IMG/VR virus record: IMGVR_UViG_3300020036_004254
Source of the DNA: a virus
Taxonomy: Duplodnaviria > Caudoviricetes
Strand: one strand, 5' to 3'
DNA length: 64,000 bases
Part shown: in pieces, positions 29,283 through 39,027 of the stretch
Position numbering within the stretch: the stretch's first letter is position 1
How the letters are laid out: each line of letters opens with the position of its first letter
Notes under the pieces: generated by a model
What the model saw: the letters and a program-made list of their open reading frames with translations, nothing else
The model's database searches: none
What the model was told of the DNA's origin: nothing
Made by a program: the position numbers and the translations under genes

Positions 29283-29463
29283 TGGGGTGACGACGGCAAC
29301 GAAGGATACCTGATGTTGTGAGGCGAAAGCTTCGGCGTCACGTAGGCGTGTCTGATGATTTTAGGGATGAAAGACTCCCACAGGGCAACGTGGCAGACGG
29401 CAGGGTACGCCCGAGCCTCACCACGCTCCCGGAATCGGCATCCGGGCAGACACATTCACCCCA
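29283..29463 (+). ncRNA. putative ~180-nt structured RNA/leader
   Basis: box promoter at 29239; TGGGGTGA/TCACCCCA and GTGTCTG/CAGACAC closures; several hairpins. Confidence 0.55.
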
Positions 29464-29477
29464 TGAAAGGAGACACC

Positions 29478-29786
29478 ATGAAAGAAGCTGTGGCGTGGAA
29501 ACGGTTGGCCGAATGGTTTGGTGCCGACCAGAATCGAGAGTTCATCTGCAATGTGCTTCGTCATCCTTTTATTCATAGGGTGGAATTTCTCGACACGAAG
29601 ATGGCGGAGACAATGTTTGGCCGAATTTACGCACATCAGGCATCATCCGATTTTTCTGAGGGAAGCACATTGGATGTGACCGACGAGCGTAATGGAACGC
29701 TATGGCACAATAAGAAATCCTCTGATGCCCGTGTGATGTTCTGCCTGTTCATGGCAATGGAATGCCAAGAGGAGACAACCCCGTGA
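29478..29786 (+). CDS. hypothetical protein, family C
   Basis: EA.AW..LA.W.G...RV.FCL.MA.EC shared with 31649. Confidence 0.7.
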   Translation: MKEAVAWKRLAEWFGADQNREFICNVLRHPFIHRVEFLDTKMAETMFGRIYAHQASSDFSEGSTLDVTDERNGTLWHNKKSSDARVMFCLFMAMECQEETTP

Positions 29787-30272
29787 TTGCCATTTATCTT
29801 GTGGTGTTTGGAACACTTGCTATTGCTTCTATCGTTGGGTTGGTTGGGACCATGGTAGAAGGAGCGGACTTTGGTTACGAAGCGTTTTGGGCTATTTTCC
29901 TCTGGCCAATGGCGGTGTACAGAATGATTCGGGGAAAGCCCAAAAAGAAATTCACCGTTCATGTGAATACCTTTCATGCCATGGAAGCCAAATGGGTCAA
30001 AGGTGTTCTCGAAAAAGCCAATCTCTTGGTGGAAACCGGAATCGCCCCAGCCGACGCCGTCTGGTCCGTTATTTCCGACCAACACCAACACACCACCCTG
30101 ATGTTGGCCGACGGCAACGGACCCAAGTTCACCCCCAAATCCCCAGAAGAACTGTACAAAATGGTGACCAAGACTACGTTCACCGAGTACGTGGACGACG
30201 AGTACATGTATAACAACCTCCCTTGACAAACAGCACCCCACCCCTTACCATTCTCTACGAGGAGACAACCCC

Positions 30273-30488
30273 GTGAAATACTACGTGATTCGCTTCAAAT
30301 CCTTTACCTGTGAACCCCACGAGTTCGAGTACCTTTCCAACAAGCGTGACGTAATGTGGTCGTTAGATGCGGACAAAGCCGCTCAGTTCCAGACCGCAAC
30401 CGAGGCCATGCGGTACGCCGCCAAGAATAAGCTCGACGCCTCAGATTTGGTCGAAGTGACCACCACAAAAACCTTCACCGTTATCTAA
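30273..30488 (+). CDS. hypothetical protein, family B
   Basis: YYVIR...W...A.QF.TATEA. Confidence 0.65.
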   Translation: MKYYVIRFKSFTCEPHEFEYLSNKRDVMWSLDADKAAQFQTATEAMRYAAKNKLDASDLVEVTTTKTFTVI

Positions 30489-30497
30489 GGAGATTTC

Positions 30498-30803
30498 ATG
30501 ACCATGCGGAAAGGTCGTCCAAAGAACACCCCGCAGTTCTTCCCCATCAAGCCGTCCAAGCCCACGTTTGAGGCCCGTATCGGGTTCATCCCCGCACACT
30601 CCGTCTATATTGGTCAGGACGGTGATACCTACGGACCCAGAGAATTCAGTCAATGGTTCTACGAGACTGAAAATGGACAGTTCTACTCCGAGGATTGCCT
30701 CAAGATTCTCCTGAGAGACTGCGTTCCGGATAGTATTCAGAACAATGACCTCCTGCTCAGTCTGGCCGACACCTACCGAGCCGCAACTTCAGGGAAAGCC
30801 TGA
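30498..30803 (+). CDS. hypothetical protein with N-terminal RKGRPK
   Basis: AGGAG RBS. Confidence 0.65.
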   Translation: MTMRKGRPKNTPQFFPIKPSKPTFEARIGFIPAHSVYIGQDGDTYGPREFSQWFYETENGQFYSEDCLKILLRDCVPDSIQNNDLLLSLADTYRAATSGKA

Positions 30804-30845
30804 CAGACACACCAGTCCCACCACGCTAGACTTCTTCATGTAAGG

Positions 30846-31126
30846 CACAGCACCTAACGTCTCATGCCCCTCCGTTGGTCCATACGTTGTATCGTGGCTC
30901 TACGCAACCACCGATGTTTTCCTAGGAAGCCCCTCGTGCGCTTGCGATTCGACCTCGACCCGTTTTCTGGTCTAAACGCGATGCCTCTGAACCTTAGCTC
31001 TGCTGTGATGAGAACAAACCTCGGAAACCCGTTCAGGGGCGAGAAAAGGGGTGGCAAAAAGAATGCTGAACCCATTCCAGATTGCTGTTCTCAAGGGGCG
31101 GTTGGTCATCGACGGGTGGCCAACCC
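30846..31126 (+). ncRNA. putative ~280-nt structured RNA/leader
   Basis: box promoter at 30791; CACAGCA/TGCTGTG, GCCTCTGAAC/GTTCAGGGGC, TGAGAACA/TGTTCTCA pairings; terminal hairpin. Confidence 0.45.
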
Positions 31127-31134
31127 CTCTCCTT

Positions 31135-31150
31135 TGTTCCACGTGAAACA
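31135..31150. promoter_or_regulatory. parS site
   Basis: TGTTCCACGTGAAACA, intergenic. Confidence 0.85.
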
Positions 31151-31173
31151 CTTCCCACACCGGAGAACCCACC

Positions 31174-31383
31174 ATGTACATCATCAAACGCCGTGCCAAT
31201 TACCGCTTTTACCAGCGTTCAAGCACGTTCTGCTCCACCATTGACGAGGCCAAACAGTTCGAGACTCAGCACGATGCCATCATGGAGCTTCTAACGGTCT
31301 ACGGCAAGTCCACACCCCATTTTGTTGACGAGGGCCTGAGCATCGTCAAAGTCCGGGTCAGGGTCGAAGAGATTCCCGAGTAA
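31174..31383 (+). CDS. hypothetical protein, family B
   Basis: YIIK...IDEAKQFET..DA. Confidence 0.65.
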   Translation: MYIIKRRANYRFYQRSSTFCSTIDEAKQFETQHDAIMELLTVYGKSTPHFVDEGLSIVKVRVRVEEIPE

Positions 31384-31648
31384 TGGGCTGGCACCCAAAT
31401 GACCGGGGAACCTCCCTCAACCCGTGGAACCCCAAGTCACCAAAATACCACAGAACACAACCCACCCCACGCCAAAAAACTGTCCTCAAAAGAGGACAGC
31501 AGAACTGCCCCTGTTCTCTTTCCACAAGAATGATGACCAGCCCCGGCGCACCTGAACACAATATGTGCATGGCCTGTGGAAAGAAACACGACACTTGACA
31601 AACCCGTGGTGACCGCTTAACATTCTGGTAACCCAACAGGAGAACCAC

Positions 31649-31975
31649 ATGACCGAAGCCCAAGCATGGCGAAAACTCGCAAAATGGTGCGGAACTGGAA
31701 ACCCGGAACGCCGCGCCTTCCTGTGTGACCGCCTCAGTGGACGGTTTGATGGGTCTGACTCGTATGGCCCAGACACCGCAGACCCCTTGCCAAAAGGACT
31801 CCCCCGTACCAAGATGTACGACCGTATTGCCAACCACAACCCCAGTGGTATTGAATGTCTCATCGTTGAGGATGACAAGGGTCCATTCCGCAACGCCTCC
31901 ACGGACAATCACCCCAGAGTCATCTTCTGCCTCCTCATGGCAATCGAATGCGAACTTGAGGGTTTCCCCGACTAG
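31649..31975 (+). CDS. hypothetical protein, family C
   Basis: paralog of 29478..29786. Confidence 0.7.
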   Translation: MTEAQAWRKLAKWCGTGNPERRAFLCDRLSGRFDGSDSYGPDTADPLPKGLPRTKMYDRIANHNPSGIECLIVEDDKGPFRNASTDNHPRVIFCLLMAIECELEGFPD

Positions 31976-32592
31976 CGTTTCCCAAAATCCCGTCGCACAA
32001 ATCACAATGCAAGCCGTCGTCAAAAGTCTGTACGAAACCTTCCGAAAAGAGACAACCCCGTGAAAGTTACCTCCGTCACCAAAATCCGCGAAATCGTCCT
32101 CACCCTCTCCATTGAGGAAGCCCAGAATCTCATCGACTTTAGTGATATCGTTGGCGACTCCTTGCTAAATCCCCATAATGTCTACGCAACAAAAGCAGAC
32201 AATGGACGATTCGCCCTGTACGAACTGCGTCGATTCCTCGGGTCCGCCATCCACAAAAATGCGTAACCTCTCACTCTTCCTGTTCTCCTATTACGACCAC
32301 TGGGCCTACGGCGGTTTCGAAATGAAAGAAATCGCCGTCGTCGCCAATACCGAATCGGAAGCCCTCGGAATGATTCTGGACAAATACCCAGAAACCACCC
32401 CCACCAAATGGTGTCATAACAGTGTCGATATGACACGGCCCAACATCATCGAACTGTCCGAACGCTCCTCTTGACAAACACTGGGGTATAGGTTAGTATT
32501 CATCCGAGAGCCGTGTTCCACCCCGTCAGCCGTCATCCGTATCCCCACACACGAAGCCGTTCGGTTTGTACTGGAAGCCTACAACCGGAACG

Positions 32593-32671
32593 TGTGGAGA
32601 AATAATCCCACGTGGAAACAGATAGAGTTATCCACACCAGATGTGGATAAGTCGCCGTAAAATGTGGATAA
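32593..32671. promoter_or_regulatory. DnaA-box cluster
   Basis: TTATCCACA 32628-32636; TGTGGATAA 32642-32650 and 32663-32671; 1-mismatch TGTGGAGAA at 32593. Confidence 0.8.
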
Positions 32672-32913
32672 CCTCGGGAGAAAGTCATTGGTAACCATTC
32701 GGTTACTTAACATTATCTTGAAGTATTCTCAGTGAACCATTTGGTTCAGTGTCCTAATAATGAGACACCAACTAAATCTCAAGGGGTTACGCTCCGAGAA
32801 AGATTTTTTCACCGGGATTGTTCAATCATTTCGGTGTGGTGGACGTAGATTGGAACGTTGGTGAAAACATGTGGTTAAACGTTGGGTCAACCCCTTGAGA
32901 GGAGTGGAAAACG

Positions 32914-33129
32914 GTGAAATATTTTGCGATTCGGGCGTCCGAGACGGATTGGACGGTGCCTAATCAGTACGTGGCGAGCCGTGGTCGTCCGGTGCAGTGG
33001 ACGCGGGACGTAGACGATGCGGTGCAGTTTGGCACGGCGACAGCGGCCATGAATTTTGCGGGACTTCGTGGGATTTCTGCGGCGGTGTTGGTGGAGGTGT
33101 CTCACGAGGTGGTGGTTCGGGAAATCTAG
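32914..33129 (+). CDS. hypothetical protein, family B
   Basis: KYFAIR...WT..V.DA.QF.TATAA. Confidence 0.65.
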   Translation: MKYFAIRASETDWTVPNQYVASRGRPVQWTRDVDDAVQFGTATAAMNFAGLRGISAAVLVEVSHEVVVREI

Positions 33130-34069
33130 GGGAAACCCTGACTTGCGTGGAAGCGAGCAAGCGAGTACTTTTCGTCCCATGAGACAGCCTATCTGCCCCG
33201 CCCGAGACTTTGGCACGTGTTCCTTCAGCAACAGCACGGGTCCGTCCTTGTGTGTGTTTTGTGGGACGGCCCATCCTTTCCCCCCGGAGAATTCTGTGGA
33301 AAACGAGTTGGTCAAGCCCAACATCAATCTGAACGGTTCTGACGGGATGGAGTTGGCTCGTCAGTACTACGAGGCGGCACAGGCGGTTGAGAACGCCGCA
33401 AATCTCATGGGGCGACTCGTCCACGGTCGGGACTATCAGGGGTCACCGGACGGTGCCTACGAGCGAGCCTACCAGCAGATGGTGGAGCGTCTCAAGCCCA
33501 TGATTTCTGCGTACAACGACCTGAAGGCGATTGCGGAACATTGTGTGGAGGAAGCCTGATTCAGGGAAACCCTGACTAGCGCGGGGTTATCCCGTGAGAT
33601 ATTGTTAGTTCACACCTTTCAGACAGGAGTTGTGTTATGGACGAGGTAATGTTCAATGCCAAGGAGCGAATGACGCAGGAGCTTCTGGTGGCCAACACGG
33701 GTCATTTGCTGGCCTTGGGGTGGTCGGAGAGTGCGGTGGTGCGCCATTGTGAGGCGGTGGCGACCGAGTACTTCGAGCGGTTGGAGAAGCGGGTGAGGGA
33801 GCGGGTCAAGTAGTGTCTGTGCAGAGTTGAAGCCACTGAGTAATGCTAGAGCGGCGCGTTTCCATCTTTGAGTGGAAGGAAAGGGTTTGTCGCGTACTTT
33901 AGAACCCACAGACATTACCTGTTTTCTCTTGGGGGAAAGGAATACTGGCCATTTGAATCGGAGCAAAGTCCTTTCCCCCGGAGAATCGGGGAATCCCTGA
34001 CTAGCGCGAACGTTGGACTGGTTGTAGCTTCAATCGTGTAGGGAAACACTAACCCAAACGGAGTGACCG

Positions 34070-34225
34070 ATGAGCAAGACGGCGAAGACCAAGGGCGAGA
34101 AGGCCAAGTGGATGCGTATCTCGACGGCGCGGGATTTCAAGACCTCGCACACGGCGGGGATGGTGTTCAAGGCGTCCGACCGGGACTACGTGGTGACCGC
34201 TGACGGTTCGTGGCGGCGTAAGTAA
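34070..34225 (+). CDS. small basic protein (absent from the ORF track)
   Basis: 51 aa; box promoter at 33988, GGAG RBS; Y.V..DGSWR motif shared with the C-terminus of 6210..6767. Confidence 0.6.
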   Translation: MSKTAKTKGEKAKWMRISTARDFKTSHTAGMVFKASDRDYVVTADGSWRRK

Positions 34226-34432
34226 GCGTTCTCTTGGGGTGACTGACGTGGATACACCCTGTGGCACATAGCCTGACGCGGTCACCCCTTGAGATTTGAC
34301 CAGACCTGAAAACCCCGATTTGTTTATGATGGGTGAGTAGCCGCTGGTCAAATCTTTTCAGGGAATCCCTGACTTGCCGGTTGGTGGGTCAGGGGTTACC
34401 TTTCTGGTGTACACTCCACCGAGAGCATACCG

Positions 34433-34588
34433 ATGCCCAAGTTTATTCTTTGGTCCAACAACGACCCGAACAACGCCTTCGAGGTTGAGGCAGACAACCC
34501 CAACAATGCCGCCTTTGCCGCTCTGAGCGAACTTGGCTGGTCCATGAGTGACGGCGACGAGGACGAGGACGAGGACGAGGAGGATTAG
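34433..34588 (+). CDS. small acidic protein (absent from the ORF track)
   Basis: 51 aa ending DGDEDEDEDEED; box promoter at 34360. Confidence 0.6.
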   Translation: MPKFILWSNNDPNNAFEVEADNPNNAAFAALSELGWSMSDGDEDEDEDEED

Positions 34589-34647
34589 AGAATAGGGATT
34601 TCCCCGACTTGCTTTCGGGTGGGACGGGGAGTATCCTTGTGTCAGAC

Positions 34648-34720
34648 GCCTCGGTAGCTCAGTTGGTAGAGCAAGGGACTTTTAATCCCAAGGTCGTGGG
34701 TTCGAGCCCCACCCGAGGCA
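34648..34720 (+). tRNA. tRNA-Lys(TTT)
   Basis: AGGGA-CT-TTT-AA-TCCCA; canonical D and T arms; box promoter at 34594. Confidence 0.95.
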
Positions 34721-35334
34721 CTTCCTTTTGCGGAGAATACAATGCTCAAGCTCATCTTCAACAGTCTGCTCTTGTTTCTGTTCGTGACCGTGGTGCTGGT
34801 GGTGGTGTTCTGGCTGTGCAAACATCTTCTGATTCTCTACGTGGTGTGGATGTGGGTGATGATGTAATGTTCATCGACGTTGACGACGAGCCTGTGTACA
34901 CGGTTCGGACCTCGGAGTCCAAGATTTTTGTGCAGGGGGATTCCAACCCCATGAGACGCCACGAGGCTGAGGCCACCCGAGACATGCTGAAGTGGATGGA
35001 CCCGGAATGTGTGGTGGAGATTGTTATCCTGTGAGTGCCGCCACCCGAGCCAAGTCAGCCCGAGAACGGGCAAATATTGCCGCACGGTTTATCCGTCGCG
35101 GGTCCAAGGGCAGTCGAGCGTTTGCCGACTGTTTCGAAATGGGTGACGGAGACGAGGTGGCCAAGATTCTGGTACAGAAAGCACAGACGGACAAGCGTTT
35201 GGCGAACTTCTGTGTGTACCATTCTTTCGGGACACCGGAGCAGGTTCAGGCGTTGTGTGAGGGCTTGACAAACCCGTGAGAGGGTGTTATCATTAGTTCA
35301 CACCGGGACAACGGGTATCTCACGACCCGCCCCT

Positions 35335-35405
35335 GTCAGGCAATAGCATAAACGGTAATGCGCCCCGTGAGAGGGGAGATTGGGGTTCGAATCCCCGGCT
35401 TGTCT
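35335..35405 (+). ncRNA. tRNA-like RNA with shrunken anticodon arm
   Basis: D arm GCAT/ATGC; T arm TGGGG-TTCGAAT-CCCCG; central CCCC-GTGAGA-GGGG. Confidence 0.55.
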
Positions 35406-35958
35406 TTGGTACTATCCCCAAGGGTTCGAAAAATATCGAGTTCCCGACTGGCCGAAGCGTTCTCTTGGGGTAGTCCCATTCTTTTCTCAGTACACGGGAA
35501 AGGCCCGGAAAAAATCCCGCGTCGGTACGGTTGCAACCGTGCTAATCATGTGCTATCCGTGGGTTGTCGCACATGGGCGTGAAATCGGCTGACTACCACG
35601 TGTTCTTTTCTCCGGAGGTTCCAATGGGTGGTCGCATCGAAGGTGCAGGCATGAATCTCAAGGGGGTTCCCACGGTGACGGTGGTGTTCGGTCAGTGGAA
35701 TACCGTCCATCCTGTCCACGTGGTGGGTATTTTCAACACGGAAGAGAAAGCGGTGGCTCTGGTGAAAGAGGAAGAGGCTCGCACGGAGCATCGACGACTC
35801 CGGGTCTGGCACGAGACGTTCTTCGTGCAGTAAAGTTTGTCAAGGCCCCGCCAACGGAGTTGGCAGTAGAGCAGATGGATTGGGGTTGAAAGTCTGACCC
35901 TTGACAAACCCACTCGCCCCGAGTATCTTCAGTCATCACTTCAACCACAGGAATCCTC

Positions 35959-36348
35959 ATGAAAAACGCCAAGACGGAAAAGGTCAAGAATACCCTCACC
36001 TACTATCTTGAGGACGGTACGGTTGCCGTGGTCCCGGCAAGCTGGCCCAAGGCCAAGTACATCATCAAGAATGCGTCTGGAATCTCGTTCTTCGAGGAGA
36101 ATCCGGGGTCGGATTCCCCGAATCTCCACGAAGTGGACCGCAAGGAGTTCAACGAGTTCATGGTGAACGACTTTCGTTATCGTGTGAACGGGGACAAGGT
36201 CGAGGGCAAGTATTTCCATGGTTGGGAAACGTGCGGTCTGTACGGCTCGGACGGGACCGTGTCGGAGGTCATCCGGACGATGACGGCACACAAGAGGTGG
36301 GACGAGTTGGCCAAACTGATTGCGTGTGTTCGGAATCCCACGAAGTAA
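35959..36348 (+). CDS. hypothetical protein, family A paralog
   Basis: YRVNGDKVE; W.ELA....RNPT. Confidence 0.75.
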   Translation: MKNAKTEKVKNTLTYYLEDGTVAVVPASWPKAKYIIKNASGISFFEENPGSDSPNLHEVDRKEFNEFMVNDFRYRVNGDKVEGKYFHGWETCGLYGSDGTVSEVIRTMTAHKRWDELAKLIACVRNPTK

Positions 36349-36477
36349 ACGGGTGGGTCAAGGGGTGGCCGGGAACGCTTCCCAGTAGTACAGGCAATGG
36401 CGAAAGTCTGTACCACCCCTTGACACACGCGGACTAACCACTTAACATTCTCGTATCACCCCCGAAAGAGGAATCCC

Positions 36478-36882
36478 ATGAACTATTCGACTGTGACAAC
36501 CACCAAGACCCCGACTGGTGGTCATCTTTTCCACCTGACCGACACGCTCGGAAACGAGCATCGGGTGTTCTTCGACGCCGGAATCAACGTTCCCGCGTTC
36601 GTGGTCGTTCGCACCAACGGCATGTCCTTCCTGAACGCCCCTCCGGAAAAACCGTTCAAGAACGAAAACGTCTTCCGGTTGGAGACGAAGGTGTACAAGA
36701 CGTTCAAGTGGGGAGGGGTCGCCTACCGTGTTCGTGACGGCAAGGTGGAGTACCGTATCCGTGGCGACGAGTGGGCGACCACTGGTGCCGCAGAAGACGG
36801 TGATGTGTACAAACTCATCGCACATCTGGTCAACCACGGTGAGTACATGATTCTGCGCGACTTGCTCAACGCGATGGAGTAG
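36478..36882 (+). CDS. hypothetical protein, family A paralog
   Basis: TF...G..YRV..GKVEY. Confidence 0.7.
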   Translation: MNYSTVTTTKTPTGGHLFHLTDTLGNEHRVFFDAGINVPAFVVVRTNGMSFLNAPPEKPFKNENVFRLETKVYKTFKWGGVAYRVRDGKVEYRIRGDEWATTGAAEDGDVYKLIAHLVNHGEYMILRDLLNAME

Positions 36883-38310
36883 GGGTTTCCCCGACTTGCG
36901 GAAGACCTCTCACGAGGTTACGTTTCTCTTCACACCACTCACCCGGAGCAACACCATGCTGACCTGCACCCATCAGGGACACTCCTCCCAGTCCACCCAA
37001 CTCAAGGTTCAGGAGACAGACCGCGACAAGACGATGTTGGCGTTCTATCCCGACAACGCCGGAATGCACACCATCTGGCTCAACGCCGAGAGCGTGTTGG
37101 TCTTGGCCCGGAAGCTGGAAGCGTGGGCAATCAAGCGCGGGGCCAACCTCCCAAAATCTTCTGTGGAAGGAAGCCTGTAAAGGCTCACCGTTCAGGAGAA
37201 CTCTAATGCGTCGATAACCGTTGAATCTCAAGGGGTTGAGGAACGTTCGCCCCTTGAGATTCGCAGGACGTAAACGCAAACGTCGAATCAAACGTTGCAC
37301 CAAACGTTGCACCTCGGAGGATTGATGTCTACGCTGTGGCGGTTGCTGATGGTTTCCCTGTTCTACTTCCTCGTGGTGTTCTTCCCGGTTGACCCGTGGC
37401 AGAGGTTGGTGTCGGCGTCCGCTGGGATGATTTTGCTCAACGAACTGTTCGAACCGCGCAAGAAGAGGTGAAAACGGTGGCGTGTTCGTTGGAGTAAACG
37501 GAAACGTGTTCAACGGAGTAAACGTCATCAATCTTTTGGGGCAAAGATATTGGATAAGATTTTTTGCAGAGCATTGGACAGTTGTCTTTTGCCCCAAGAG
37601 AATGCCCCTTGACAGACTCGTTTCAAGGGGTTATCTTTTGTGCATACCCTCTGGAGATTCCAAGCGATGAAGGACACCAAAGAGTACTGGAAAGAAAAGG
37701 CCGTTTATCTTGCGGCAATGGTGGCCTTGGTTCCTGTGCAAGATAGAATCTTGCCCGACGTTGAGGCTGGCGAGCTTGATTTTGCCACTGATATCTTGGC
37801 GCAATATCCGCCCCTTGACAAACCCCGGAAGCAAGGTTAACGTTCGGGTAACCCCAAGAGGACGGCACAATGCGCGGAAAAACCACGTTGTTCGTTGACC
37901 AGTACGGAAGCAAGGTCTACGCCAAGACTGTCAAGGAACTGGTCACCGTCGCCGGGGGCGGCAAGGTTTCCAAGATGTATCAGGACGGAATGGGCGGGTT
38001 GAGCTATCACGTGGGCTACGTGGTGGGAAAGCGTTGGTTCACGGCATTCGTTCCTTTCTCCGCAAAGGTCTAGAGGACACTATGGCCAAGAAAGTTGCCA
38101 CTGAAGGAATGCACCACTCCCGTGCGTGGCGTCTCGGCTGGGAAGATGCCGCAAACGGAATGCCCCGTGGCCACTCGGAGAACGGGTTCCGCACCGTGCG
38201 CGGTGATTCCTATTCAGAAATGATGTACGACGACGGGTACAACGTCGGGTCGTGTCGGTAAGGGTTTCCCCGACTTGCGGAAATGATTAGTTCCCGCTAG
38301 TATTCATCCC

Positions 38311-39027
38311 ATGAAGACTCCCAGCGGCGTCATCCTCTACACGGGTCCGTCCCAATTGACGGGCAAGCCCATCGTTGTGATTGCCACTGGACTGAACAAG
38401 TCCAGCCGCAATGCCAAGACGGGCGGCATGGTCCAAACCTACATTCTTTGCGCCGATGTCAATCCCATTGAGGCTCTCAACGGGGCGGATACGGCGATTT
38501 TCGGGGGTTGCATTCACCGCAAGAATCCTGTCACGGGGGTTCGCACCTGTTACGTTCGGATTGACACGGGTCCGAACGGCGTGTACAAGGCTTGGAAGCG
38601 CGGCGTTTATCCTGTGCTGACGGATTGGGCCGTCTTCACGGGCAAGGCCATCCGGTTTGGCACCTACGGTGACCCTGCCGCCGTCCCGCTTCACGTGTGG
38701 CAAAATCTTGCCGCCTACGCTGGGACGACGACGGGCTATACGCACCAATGGCGAGCCAAGAAGTTTGCGGGGTTGGCATCGTTCTGCCAAGCCTCTGCCG
38801 AGACTGCCGATGATGTCATTCGCGCAAACGCCAAGGGGTTTGGCACCTTCCGGGTTCTACCCGTGATGGAATCTGTTCCCGCAAATGCCATGCACTGCCC
38901 CGCATCGGCGGAAATGGGTAAGGTTACTACGTGCATCGAATGCGGGGCGTGTGACGGATTCAGCAAGCGCAACGTGGCTATCTTTGCACACGGCGCAACC
39001 GGACACAAGTACACGGGCGCACGTTAA
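38311..39027 (+). CDS. Cys-rich conserved phage protein (possible degenerate radical-SAM-like fold)
   Basis: S.N.KTG, CYV, R.G.YGDP, YTH, AS, CP, TC..C..C, HG motifs. Confidence 0.7.
   Translation: MKTPSGVILYTGPSQLTGKPIVVIATGLNKSSRNAKTGGMVQTYILCADVNPIEALNGADTAIFGGCIHRKNPVTGVRTCYVRIDTGPNGVYKAWKRGVYPVLTDWAVFTGKAIRFGTYGDPAAVPLHVWQNLAAYAGTTTGYTHQWRAKKFAGLASFCQASAETADDVIRANAKGFGTFRVLPVMESVPANAMHCPASAEMGKVTTCIECGACDGFSKRNVAIFAHGATGHKYTGAR

Noticed and set aside
29352-29375. CTGATGA...GAAA hammerhead ribozyme core
   Set aside because: Stem II closing pair and stems I/III cannot be formed in the required register.
32705-32732. dif (XerCD) site on the minus strand
   Set aside because: Only a XerD-like arm (TAATGTTAAGT) is present; the XerC arm does not match.
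32734-32747. Gram-positive LexA box
   Set aside because: GAAC/GTTC spacing is 6 nt, not 4.
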